Shown here piece after piece: positions 19,664 to 29,202 of a DNA stretch of 64,000 bases (the stretch's first letter is position 1; each line of letters begins with the position of its first letter). The position numbers and the translations under genes are program-made. Under the pieces are notes generated by a model. The model had not been told where the DNA came from and searched no databases. It was given only the letters and a program-made list of their open reading frames with translations. Location: positions 6,310 to 70,309 of the forward strand of contig JAXLVO010000011.1 of NCBI GenBank assembly GCA_046328975.1, written 5' to 3'. This stretch comes from Bacteriovoracaceae bacterium. Lineage in GTDB: Bacteria; Bdellovibrionota; Bacteriovoracia; Bacteriovoracales; Bacteriovoracaceae.

Positions 19664-20934
19664 TGAGTAATATAGCTGAAATTACTAAAACATTTAATTC
19701 GGCATTGATTGCGGACAAAGCCGTTTTACCGGAAGAACTTATTAGCAAGAGAACCGCTAGCTTTGAACAATTTGTAAAAGCGGGTTTCCCAACTAAAAAA
19801 GATGAGGATTGGCAGTATACAGCAATTAACGATTTCATCAACATTAATTACACTTTTGAAAAAGCTAAAAAACATTTAACGCTTGAAGAAGAATCGCTTT
19901 TAAAAAATTACCTTTTTAGCGATGAACTTCACTTAGTTTTTATCAATGGAACCTTTAGCGAGAAATGGAGTAGTTCAACTTTACTTCTAAATGATCTAAA
20001 AATTAAAATTGACCCTATTCATGTCGTTACTCCTCGTGAATTTAAAGAGCGTAATAGTTTTATAGATCTTAACCAGGCATTTTTAAAAAATGGCTTTTCA
20101 TTAGTGGTTAGTGAAGGAGTTGAAAAGCCACTTAATATTATCCATTTTACGACAAGTGAGGCACAAGCTCACTTAAGTTGTCCCTATTTAAGTATTGAGG
20201 CCCTTAAGTCGGCCAATATTAACATTAAGGAATTTTTTATTAGTAGTAATAAAAACACCTATTTTGTAAATGGATTGACTGATTTTTATATTGGTGAAAA
20301 CGCCCATATTTCACATACATTAGTTCAGCTAGAAGAGCTTAATGCTTTTCACTACTCACAAATTAGAAGTCAAATTAAACGAGATGGCCTGTTCCAATCT
20401 TTCACTTTAAATTTAGGAGCCAAGCTTTCACGTGTTAATTTAGATATCGAATTAACTGAAAGTAATGCATCTACCTTGTCCTATGGAATTTATGCTCTTC
20501 ATAGCGACAGTCAAGCCGATGTCTATTCACAAATTCATCATGATGCACCCAACACTAACAGTGAACAGATCTACAAAGGAATTTTAGATGACAAAAGTCA
20601 CGGAGTTTTTAGTGGTAAAGTTTTTGTTAAAAAGTTCGCCAGTAAAAGTATCTCTAAGCAGTTAAATAAAAATCTGCTATTGAGTAAAGGTGCGTTTGTT
20701 GATTCTAAACCACAACTTTTAATCGATAACGATGATGTTAAATGTAATCACGGGACAACCATTGGACAAATTAATGAAGATGAGGTTTTTTATTTACAAA
20801 GCCGAGGTATTAACAAAGCTAAGGCCAGTAAGCTAATCGCCAAAGCCTTTTTAAATGATCTGATTTTAAAAATCCCTCGTCCAACCACGCAAGAACAATT
20901 AATGGCCATTTTAAAAAGATTTAATTATGAATAA
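19660..20934 (+). CDS. sufD: Fe-S cluster assembly protein SufD
   Basis: 424 aa. ATGA overlap with sufC. C-terminal SufB/D beta-helix motifs (CNHGTTIGQINEDEVFYLQSRGI). Confidence 0.85.
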   Translation: MMSNIAEITKTFNSALIADKAVLPEELISKRTASFEQFVKAGFPTKKDEDWQYTAINDFININYTFEKAKKHLTLEEESLLKNYLFSDELHLVFINGTFSEKWSSSTLLLNDLKIKIDPIHVVTPREFKERNSFIDLNQAFLKNGFSLVVSEGVEKPLNIIHFTTSEAQAHLSCPYLSIEALKSANINIKEFFISSNKNTYFVNGLTDFYIGENAHISHTLVQLEELNAFHYSQIRSQIKRDGLFQSFTLNLGAKLSRVNLDIELTESNASTLSYGIYALHSDSQADVYSQIHHDAPNTNSEQIYKGILDDKSHGVFSGKVFVKKFASKSISKQLNKNLLLSKGAFVDSKPQLLIDNDDVKCNHGTTIGQINEDEVFYLQSRGINKAKASKLIAKAFLNDLILKIPRPTTQEQLMAILKRFNYE

Positions 20935-22147
20935 AAATATTGCTGCTATTCGAGATCACTTCCCAATTTTAAGCCGAAAAATTCATGGTAAACCGCTAGT
21001 CTATTTTGATAATGCGGCAACAACCTTAAAGCCTCTATCTGTAATTAAAGCGGTAAATGAATACTACCAAAATGAGACTGCCAATATTCACAGAGGAGTT
21101 CATTACTAAAGTGAAGTCAGTACGGAAAAATATGAAGCAACTAGAAAAAAACTCCAAAATTTTGTAAACGCTAAGTTCGAACATGAAATTATTTTCACCA
21201 AAGGTACTACTGATTCGATTAATTTAGTTGCAAGCTCTTTTGGCAATAAATTCATAAAAGAAAATGATGAAATTATTATTAGTTATATTGAACACCACTC
21301 TAACATTGTACCATGGCAGATGCTTTGTGAACGAACTAAAGCAAAACTAAAAGTCATTCCGATTAATGATAAAGGTGAAATCATTCTTGAAGAATTTAAA
21401 AAACTTCTAACTAATAAGACTAAGTTAGTTTCAATTGTCCATGCTTCAAATTCATTAGGGACAATTAATCCAGTCGAAGAGATCATTCCTCTTGCCCACT
21501 CTATGAATGCCAAAGTTCTAGTGGACGGAGCACAGATGCTTTCGCACCAAAAAGTAGATGTTCAAGCACTTAATGTTGATTTTTATGTAGGTTCAGCTCA
21601 TAAGATGTTTGGGCCAACCGGTGCCGGTTTTCTTTATGGAAAGGAACAAATCTTAAATGCTATGCCTCCCTATCAAGGCGGTGGGGACATGATTGAGAGT
21701 GTCTCTTTTAATAAAACAACTTATAATATTTTACCGCATAAGTTTGAGGCCGGAACTCCTCCAATTGCATCAATGATTGGCTGGGGAGCTGCTATCGATT
21801 TTATAAATGATTTAGGTTTTGCTACCATCGCAAAACAAGAAAAAGAACTGCTAGAGTATGCCACACTAAAACTTTCTGAAATTAATGGGCTAAAAATTAT
21901 AGGCCAAGCTAAAAACAAGGCTTCGGTTGTGAGTTTTGTGCTAGATAATATTCACCCTCATGATGTTGGAAGTCTCTGTGATCAAGATGGTGTAGCACTA
22001 AGAACTGGTCACCATTGCACACAACCGATAATGGACTTTTTTCAAGTCCCCGCCACATCAAGAGCAAGCTTTAGTGTCTACAACACTAAAGCAGAAATTG
22101 ATATTTTGATCGCAAGTTTAAAAAGAGTAATGGAAATGTTTATATGA
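20927..22147 (+). pseudogene. sufS: Cysteine desulfurase SufS with a single in-frame TAA (21107-21109)
   Basis: ORFs 20927..21109 and 21320..22147 share one frame. The gap translates cleanly (HRGVHY*SEVSTEKYEATRKKLQNFVNAK..FTKGTTDSINLV). PLP-Lys motif SAHKMFGPTG and catalytic Cys RTGHHCTQP are present. The TAA sits where homologues have Leu (HTLS). Confidence 0.85.
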
Positions 22148-22614
22148 GTTTAGACAATGGAAACTTACAAGAACTTTATCAGGCAGTGATTTTAGATCAC
22201 AACAAGAGTCCTAAAAACTTTCGTAAAATCGAAAATGCAACTTACGATCGATTAGGGCACAATCCTCTTTGTGGAGATAAAATTGAACTTTTCATTAAAC
22301 TCGATCCTACTAACACTAAAGTTGAAGATATAGCATTCCTTGGTAGTGGGTGTGCCATCTCAAAAGCATCAACCTCTATGAAGACCCAAACGATTAAAGG
22401 TAAAACTATAGAAGAGGCAATCGCAACTTTTCAAGAGTTTCAACAACTACTACTTGGAAAATTAGATCCAAGCAAAGAGAAGACCAATTTAGGAAAATTA
22501 GAAATTTTTAGCAATATTTGGAAATATCCAGCGAGAGTAAAATGCGCAAGTCTCGCTTGGCATACATTAAAATCAACACTGGCGGGTGAAAATGTTGTTA
22601 TCAAAACTGAGTAA
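22144..22614 (+). CDS. sufU: SufU-type (NifU/IscU N-terminal-like) sulfur-transfer/scaffold protein
   Basis: 156 aa with three conserved Cys contexts: NPLCGDKI, GSGCAISKAS and KCASLAWHTL. Confidence 0.8.
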   Translation: MSLDNGNLQELYQAVILDHNKSPKNFRKIENATYDRLGHNPLCGDKIELFIKLDPTNTKVEDIAFLGSGCAISKASTSMKTQTIKGKTIEEAIATFQEFQQLLLGKLDPSKEKTNLGKLEIFSNIWKYPARVKCASLAWHTLKSTLAGENVVIKTE

Positions 22615-22633
22615 GCTTTTTGGGAGAAATGAA

Positions 22634-23260
22634 ATGACAAATAATGAAGTAGGTGCACCATCTGCAAGCGTAGCAAGTGAGGTTGAAATCAATGCTCAAC
22701 CAACACCAAATCCTAACGCTTTAAAATTTATTATAAGTAAGATTGTAATTAATACAGATAAAGCCACTTTTAGATCCGCTAATGAGTGTAGTGAAATACC
22801 TTTGGCGGTTAATCTCTTTAAACTAAGAGGCGTAGACCAACTTCACTTTTTTCAAAACGTTATTACTGTAACTAAATTTAGCTATATTGACTGGATTGAG
22901 TTAGAAGAACAGATAAAAGATACCATTAGATTAAATATCGATAAACATAATGCAACTTTTGAAATCTTTGACCCAGAAAAGGAGCGAAGAAAAAATCTTT
23001 CTCCAGAACTTTTAGAGATTGAACAGATTCTGGATAAAACAATTAGGCCAGGATTACAAGGTGATGGTGGTGATATTCAAGTACTATCTTTTTCTAACAA
23101 TGTAATCATGGTTAAATATGAAGGTGCATGTGGGACATGTCCGTCAAGTCAAACGGGTACATTAGAAGCAATTAAAGGAATTATGCGTGAGCAACTCAAT
23201 AACCCTGAGATTGAAGTCTATGCTGAGCCAAGCGGAACATCGGCACAACACTTTTACTAA
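22634..23260 (+). CDS. Nfu/NifU-like Fe-S carrier (Nfu_N + NifU C-terminal CxxC domain)
   Basis: PNPNALKFI is an Nfu_N domain and GACGTCPSS is the CxxC. The ATG at 22634 has a GGGAGAA SD. The track ORF start at 22586 lies inside sufU. Confidence 0.75.
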   Translation: MTNNEVGAPSASVASEVEINAQPTPNPNALKFIISKIVINTDKATFRSANECSEIPLAVNLFKLRGVDQLHFFQNVITVTKFSYIDWIELEEQIKDTIRLNIDKHNATFEIFDPEKERRKNLSPELLEIEQILDKTIRPGLQGDGGDIQVLSFSNNVIMVKYEGACGTCPSSQTGTLEAIKGIMREQLNNPEIEVYAEPSGTSAQHFY

Positions 23261-23904
23261 TGGAAACACCTGACTACACTGACATTATTCATGCTTGGCG
23301 CCTTCACTGGGATATTAAGGCCTTTAAAAAACTTTTTATCTGTAGTTTCATTTTTTTTGTCTTCTCTATGTTTTTTTATACAAATTTTATTCAGTGGTGT
23401 GAACTAAGAGAATCAACGGTTTTAAATGACCCTATTTTAAAACTTTTTAAACCAATTGATCTAACCTGGATCTGTTTTTTCTTTGTCTATTTAGGAGTGA
23501 TATGTGGAACCTACCTAATGCTCCAGCGGCCACTTATTATATGCTTAGGATTAATAGCCTATAGTCTTATGGCACTACTTAGAAGTGTAACTATTTTTTT
23601 AATGCCACTAAGTCCACCAACTAATATTCTCCCGCTGGTTGATCCATTTGCACAAATTTTTTTAGGGGGAAAGCTCATTCAAAAAGATCTATTTTTTTCA
23701 GGTCATACTGCCACAATGTTTTTTTTCTATCTTTGTAATATGAATGGAAAAATTCGCTACCTTTTTTTTATCGCCACTATTATCATTGGAACATGTGTCC
23801 TTGCCCAGCATGTCCACTACACTATTGATGTAATAGCCGCACCCTTTTTTATGTTCATGGCCTACTTTTGGGCCAGCAAAATTGTAAAACATTTTATTAC
23901 TTAA
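23260..23904 (+). CDS. Polytopic membrane protein of the sphingomyelin-synthase-like PAP2_C lipid phosphotransferase family
   Basis: 214 aa with 5-6 hydrophobic helices. Motifs DLFFSGHT and HYTIDVIAAPFF match SMS D3/D4. The start overlaps the nfu stop (TAATG). Confidence 0.65.
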   Translation: METPDYTDIIHAWRLHWDIKAFKKLFICSFIFFVFSMFFYTNFIQWCELRESTVLNDPILKLFKPIDLTWICFFFVYLGVICGTYLMLQRPLIICLGLIAYSLMALLRSVTIFLMPLSPPTNILPLVDPFAQIFLGGKLIQKDLFFSGHTATMFFFYLCNMNGKIRYLFFIATIIIGTCVLAQHVHYTIDVIAAPFFMFMAYFWASKIVKHFIT

Positions 23905-24483
23905 CTATTTTGAAAAAAGGATAAGAAACTCATCTTTGGCAACGACACCTAAATAATCTCTAGCAATCTTTTTTTGATAGACACTGTCTTTATCAATACG
24001 ATTAATTTCACTAATTATTTTTTTATTTCCATTAATAACGGTACTAAGTGCATCACGTTTTTCTTGAAGTACCTTCTCCATTGAAAAATAGTCCACCATA
24101 CCATTTTCAGCAAAAATAAGCCTAAACACCATTATTGAATAGATAATCCATGCAACTTTGGCCAGTTTTTTTGTCCACCAATTTTTTGTGGTAAAATCAT
24201 ACTTATCATTTTTACTACTTTCTACTTTTACTAAAGATCTCTCTCTAGGCACTTCAAAACGTTTTAATCTATCCTCTTTTTTGATAAATTCAAAATCATC
24301 AGGATGAGCAACCGAGACCCTTTCACTTCTAAAATGAGTTTCGGGTGTAACTTTAACTTCAGGACGACTATTCTTCTCCATCATCTTGCGACGATTACGC
24401 TCTATTGCCTTGCGAAGTCGATCACTACCTACCCAATCTTCAGTGCCAGCTTGGATATTATTTTTTTCATAAGAATAGTGCAT
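23905..24483 (-). CDS. FtsB/DivIC-family septum formation initiator with a long charged N-terminal extension
   Basis: 192 aa with a single TM (VAWIIYSIMVFRLIF), then a coiled-coil, then YQKKIARDYLGVVAKDEFLILF, typical of the FtsB/DivIC C-terminus. Confidence 0.6.
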   Translation of the reverse strand: MHYSYEKNNIQAGTEDWVGSDRLRKAIERNRRKMMEKNSRPEVKVTPETHFRSERVSVAHPDDFEFIKKEDRLKRFEVPRERSLVKVESSKNDKYDFTTKNWWTKKLAKVAWIIYSIMVFRLIFAENGMVDYFSMEKVLQEKRDALSTVINGNKKIISEINRIDKDSVYQKKIARDYLGVVAKDEFLILFSK

Positions 24484-24553
24484 GTAATTATTTTAACACG
24501 CAATGAAATAGTCTCAAGATTAAAAAATAATTTTTTTTTTAAATTTAAAATAG

Positions 24554-24889
24554 TCAGCTATTTCTAGTTTGTGGCTCTCGCGGAAAAGTCACATGAAGTA
24601 TATTTTTATAATTTTTCATGGGAATCGTAGACTCCGCTGAGTAATTAAGTTCAATCTCTGGAATTACAACCTCTTCAGGAAAAACTCTCAATCGTACATT
24701 TTTATTTACAATATAGAGTTGACCATCCTGACTAAAAAAAAGAAACCATCCATTCCGTGGTAGCTCCTCATCTAAAAAAAAGTCTGTTTTAAGCGTCTGG
24801 ATAATCCTCATCCCTAAGGTACCCATAGCAGAAATCTCGCCGTTTAAATACAACTTCCGTATCTCATCTAAACATTGACCTAATGTCAT
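24554..24889 (-). CDS. Hypothetical protein (111 aa)
   Basis: The track ORF runs to 24967, but GGAAGGAG followed 7 nt later by the ATG at 24889 is a much better start. No family recognised. Confidence 0.45.
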   Translation of the reverse strand: MTLGQCLDEIRKLYLNGEISAMGTLGMRIIQTLKTDFFLDEELPRNGWFLFFSQDGQLYIVNKNVRLRVFPEEVVIPEIELNYSAESTIPMKNYKNILHVTFPREPQTRNS

Positions 24890-25003
24890 ATATGGACTCC
24901 TTCCCATGTTGCAACCACATCCTTGTGGTTGTTTTCTTGATCGCTCTATCAGCAAGTTCAATGCCAAGCTTTTGGGCCAAAATGGTCCAAAAATTGGTCA
25001 ATT

Positions 25004-25774
25004 CTACTTGAGCATTTTGCTCAACTGGAGCCAAAAGCGCCTAGACAATGCAATAGTTTTAAGAAATTTTATTGTCTCAATACACTCAAAGCCAGTAGGC
25101 TCACGCCCCTCTAAAAAAATATCTCTAAAATTAACAAAACTATTTGATTCAAAATTTAAAATTAATTTACTGCCGGTTAATTGAAACTCTTTAAATTTTA
25201 AAATAGATTGTAAATCACTTATTAAAGATTGAAATATTTTCATTACTTCAAAATTACTCTCTTTAACTAATGGTCCTAGATAGATACTCTTTTGTTCGTC
25301 AAGTAATCCATACGATCTAAAAAAGAGCTTAAATGTAGTATCATCAAATTCTAACCACCAAGCATTTTCAATTTCTCCCATATTTTTTAAAGGAAAACGC
25401 TCTTCTGCAAATGTTTTAAAGAGGAGTTCAGCCTCTTCATAATTTTCAGTTGGAAAAAAACTTAAGTTATCAATTGATTCAATCTTATTATTTTGGATTA
25501 ATGAAAAGAGTGAACTTTCAAAAACCTGATTAGAGTGAAGCTTTTTAAATTCAGCTTCAATATCTTTAATCGGTAAGCATTTAAGCACTCTACTCGCTGT
25601 TTTTGCTTCTAAGTAGTAAATAATTCCAGCCTCCTGTCTATTCAAGGGTGGCTCAGGGGCCAAGACTGGATCTGGCGTTGAAGCTGAGTATTCTGCCCCA
25701 ACTTCTGGAATAACTCCTTCCGCCGCTAATTTAAGTGTTTCATCAACAAGCCAGGTTAGGTCATCAAAATTCAT
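25004..25774 (-). CDS. Hypothetical protein (256 aa)
   Basis: Long ORF co-directional with yggT. No family recognised. Confidence 0.5.
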   Translation of the reverse strand: MNFDDLTWLVDETLKLAAEGVIPEVGAEYSASTPDPVLAPEPPLNRQEAGIIYYLEAKTASRVLKCLPIKDIEAEFKKLHSNQVFESSLFSLIQNNKIESIDNLSFFPTENYEEAELLFKTFAEERFPLKNMGEIENAWWLEFDDTTFKLFFRSYGLLDEQKSIYLGPLVKESNFEVMKIFQSLISDLQSILKFKEFQLTGSKLILNFESNSFVNFRDIFLEGREPTGFECIETIKFLKTIALSRRFWLQLSKMLK

Positions 25775-25777
25775 AAA

Positions 25778-25999
25778 TTACCACAAAGCAATTAATACTC
25801 TAGTTAACACAATGAAAACCAGAGGTGAAATATCAAACGGAAGATCAGGGGGAAGTACTTTTCGAATTGGATTTAAGACTAGGTTGGAAAGAGAATTTAT
25901 ATGTTGAACCCACTGTTTAGTTTTAAACTGTGGCAAATAACTAAATATAACATCCAAAACAACCAGAAAAACATAACAATTTATAAAAAACCTTATCAT
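25778..25999 (-). CDS. YggT-family membrane protein
   Basis: 73 aa with two TM segments and NPIRKVLPP...DISPLVFIVL, typical of a YGGT repeat. Confidence 0.65.
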   Translation of the reverse strand: MIRFFINCYVFLVVLDVIFSYLPQFKTKQWVQHINSLSNLVLNPIRKVLPPDLPFDISPLVFIVLTRVLIALW

Positions 26000-26057
26000 A
26001 TTAACTATGATAAAAATATTTTTCTAAAAAGGTAACTACTATTTTAGCTAAATTAGT

Positions 26058-27532
26058 TTAAATTTCATTCAAAACGTTTACTAAAAGAGTCCAGAAGGTC
26101 TCAACGGTTGAAATCTGCACACGTTCTGTGGGCGAATGGGCACTTAATATGGTTGGACCAAATGAGATCATTTCCACTCCCGGTAACTTGTCCCCTATAA
26201 TCCCACATTCAAGACCGGCGTGAATTGAAGTGACTTGCGCCTTATCTTTAAAAACTTTGGAATAGATAGCTTCAACCTTTGCTAGAAGTGGCGAAGTTAA
26301 ATCAGGTCTCCAGCTTGGATATTTATCAATGATCAATGTCTTAAGTTCTAAAATTCTACCTAAATGTTCAAACTGATTTTTAAGAAAGACCACTTGATTT
26401 TTGTCCATAAATCTCATGGAATTGATTATAAGTAATTTGCCTTTTTCAAGATAAACTTGCGCCATATTTGAACTTAAATTAACTAATGGTTCGGTGGTTC
26501 CTTCAATATGAATATAGGAGTGAGCCCCATGAGGAATAAGGGAGATCACACCTAAGAAGTGAATTGTCTCACTGGTTGAGAGAATTTCTCCACTAACATT
26601 AAGCACTTCTACATCAACATTTAGATTTTTTTCTTCTCGGGGAAGATAACTATTAAACCGTAATAATTCATCTTTCAAATATTTTAGTAAATCTTTCTTA
26701 GTAATATTTTTCTCACAATGAATAACTGCCGTAACCTCTCTTGGAATAATGTTATGAGCACGTCCACCTTTCCATGAATAAAGACGAATTCCCAAATCAT
26801 ATTTCTTATTTAAGGTAAAAAGTATTTCGGCCAAGATTTTATGCGCATTTCCTCGCTCTTTATTAATATCAATTCCAGAGTGACCTCCAGTTAAACCACT
26901 TAACATTAACTTAAAACAACCCAACTTTTCTGGCCCTATCACTTCTGGGGTATAAGTATGTTCATATTCACAACCAACCCCGCCAGCGCAACCAATAATT
27001 AATTGGCCCCAAACTTCAGAATCTAAATTTAATAATCTTTTTCCGCTAACTAAGGTTGGATCTAAATTTATTGCACCATGCAGTCCCGTCTCCTCATCAA
27101 TGGTAAAAAGTAGTTCTAGCTTAGGATGATTAATATTTTTATCAAGGATTAATGCAAGACTAGCGGCCACACCTATTCCATTATCTGCGCCCAAGGTTGT
27201 TCCATCAGCACAAATAAAATCTCCATCTCGAAAAACTGTAATCCCCTCTTTCTCAAAATCGATTTTTCTAGAGGAATAGCATCACAAACCATATCAAGAT
27301 GGTTTTGAATAATGAGAGTTTCTCGCTGCTCAAAGCCCTTAGAGGCTGGGACAAAAACCACAAGATTTCCGACACTATCCACCTTAAAGTTAAGGTCAAA
27401 TTTTTTCGCAATGTTAATTATATAATCACGAATCTTTTCCTCTTTTTTGGAAACACGAGGTATTTTTGCAATTGAAAAAAACTGCTCCCATAAATGGTGC
27501 GGGTTATTAGGTAAAGCTAGTTTAGTATTCAT
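26058..27532 (-). pseudogene. pepD: Aminoacyl-histidine dipeptidase PepD (M20C), one frameshift at an A5 run (27263-27267)
   Basis: The N-terminal ORF gives ..IIQNHLDMVCDAIPLEK. One extra A restores KIDFEKEGITVFRDGDFICADGTTLGADNGIGVAASLALI, joining the 378-aa ORF. Confidence 0.85.
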
Positions 27533-27678
27533 ACTTAATTGACCTGAAGTGTAAAATTGTTAAAACTTAAAAGATGATACTATATAAAAAAGTTGTTTCA
27601 AATGATTTTTAATTCTAATATAAGTCAGTTTTTTTAAATCAGTTATAGTGTATATTACAAATAAATCGGAGGTTAATT

Positions 27679-28050
27679 ATGTCTAGTTATATTTTATGGT
27701 TGGATTCAGAACATGCAAAAATTTATCCATTAGTTAAAGGTGATGGATCCTCAATGGACCTAGTTCCACGTGAGCATAATCCAAGCCATATTCCCAATGG
27801 CCAAGATAGAAAGCTTTTTTTTCATAAAGTAGCAGAAGATTTAAAAGTTGCGACTGAAATTTATGTTTTAGGTGGAAAATTAATTACTCATGAATTTAAA
27901 CACCATTGCGAAAATCATAATCATAAACAGGTGGCAAAGGCTATTGTTGGAATTGATACAATAGATGGACATGCTAGAGAGAGTGAAGTTATCGGTAAAG
28001 GAAAAGAGTTCTATAAAAAACTCCACCAATTTACTAAACTTCCTGTTTAA
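27679..28050 (+). CDS. Hypothetical protein (123 aa)
   Basis: ORF with a GGAGG SD. Weak resemblance to host-attachment/release-factor-like small proteins, not verifiable by eye. Confidence 0.5.
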   Translation: MSSYILWLDSEHAKIYPLVKGDGSSMDLVPREHNPSHIPNGQDRKLFFHKVAEDLKVATEIYVLGGKLITHEFKHHCENHNHKQVAKAIVGIDTIDGHARESEVIGKGKEFYKKLHQFTKLPV

Positions 28051-28079
28051 TTAATCAGTTTTCAATATTTATAAATAAT

Positions 28080-28107
28080 GGAGGTAGGATTTTTCGTTCC
28101 TACTTCC
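28080..28107. terminator. Candidate bidirectional hairpin between convergent genes
   Basis: GGAGGTAGGA (28080-28089), 8-nt loop, TCCTACTTCC (28098-28107) with one G-U pair. It overlaps the stop codon of the minus-strand gene. Confidence 0.4.
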
Positions 28108-28966
28108 ATATATCAAGAATTGATGGGGCAGTTACATCTTTCTGACCTAGATTATCTAGTCCAAAATTTTCTTCTAGTAATTTTAAAATGCTGTAATGAT
28201 TATGCGATGAGTTGTTAATTGAGCCAGGTAAGACTGAATCTCCGTAAAACATTGTGTAGATTTTATTTGGAAAACGTGAGTCGCTCTCATCTAAAGTTAC
28301 GATAAATAACATATCCTTCATGAACTTAGGATCACTCAGGAGTTTTCTAAACTTACCCTCTAACCATCTATCAGCATAACCAATGCCTGTATCATGTCCA
28401 TCGTTTTTAAGATCAGGTACATAAAATGAGTAGTTGGACAAGGTTCCATTAGTAAAATCAGAATCAAAAGCGTCGGCATTTACAATATTGGCACATCTTT
28501 TTTCATCATTTTGAATATTTTCATAACTTAAAAATGGAACATGTTTTCTAACATAGGTCCCTTTACTCATATTTAAAAAGCAGTTTCCAGGATATTTTTC
28601 AGCATAAACCTTCCAAGTTAATCCGCCTTTTTCCAAAAGATCGGCAATGTGAGGGACATTCAAATCAACTTTTCTATCATGATTAATGTTATAAGTGTTA
28701 CCGCTAGTCATTGCGATATAGTTCCCCTGCGAAGGATGAATTTCAGCTGTAAAATTGGTAAAGAGCGCCCCCTTAGAGGCCAATTCTTTTAAAAAAGGCT
28801 GTTTAATGGCCTCGTCATAATCAGTATTTTCTAAAACGATAATAAATACTTTTTGGAATCGAGCCGTTTCAAACTCATTTACAAATTCAGCTTTAACACT
28901 GTTAATACCAATTAACTCAAGTTGCATAATAATTAAGTAAATAAAAAATCTAAAATGAGTTTTCAC
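28100..28966 (-). CDS. Secreted phosphoesterase-family protein (AcpA / phospholipase C type)
   Basis: 288 aa with a signal peptide. Motifs FIIVLENTDYDEA, HPSQGNYIAMTSG, YVPDLKNDGHDTG and FIVTLDES. Confidence 0.75.
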   Translation of the reverse strand: MKTHFRFFIYLIIMQLELIGINSVKAEFVNEFETARFQKVFIIVLENTDYDEAIKQPFLKELASKGALFTNFTAEIHPSQGNYIAMTSGNTYNINHDRKVDLNVPHIADLLEKGGLTWKVYAEKYPGNCFLNMSKGTYVRKHVPFLSYENIQNDEKRCANIVNADAFDSDFTNGTLSNYSFYVPDLKNDGHDTGIGYADRWLEGKFRKLLSDPKFMKDMLFIVTLDESDSRFPNKIYTMFYGDSVLPGSINNSSHNHYSILKLLEENFGLDNLGQKDVTAPSILDIWK

Positions 28967-29202
28967 TATTTTCTCCCTGCTTAAGCAATGGTTAATTTTT
29001 TTTATTCTAGACCCAAATCACACTAAGCGCTTAAAAGGAAAAATTTACCTAATCGTTGAATATTTTCTGACAAGTTTAATCCAATTTCAGGGTAGATATT
29101 ATTATGATTAAAATCAGAATTTTCTGAATAAGATTAACCTCCCTTATGCTTTTCAATTAATTCACGATAATAAAAAAAACAACATCGACAGCGAGTTTAC
29201 TT

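Noticed and set aside
24890-24967. N-terminal 26 codons of track ORF 24554..24967 (MALNLLIERSRKQPQGCGCNMGRSPY)
   Set aside because: A strong SD (GGAAGGAG) with 7-nt spacing precedes the internal ATG at 24889, and the upstream extension has none.
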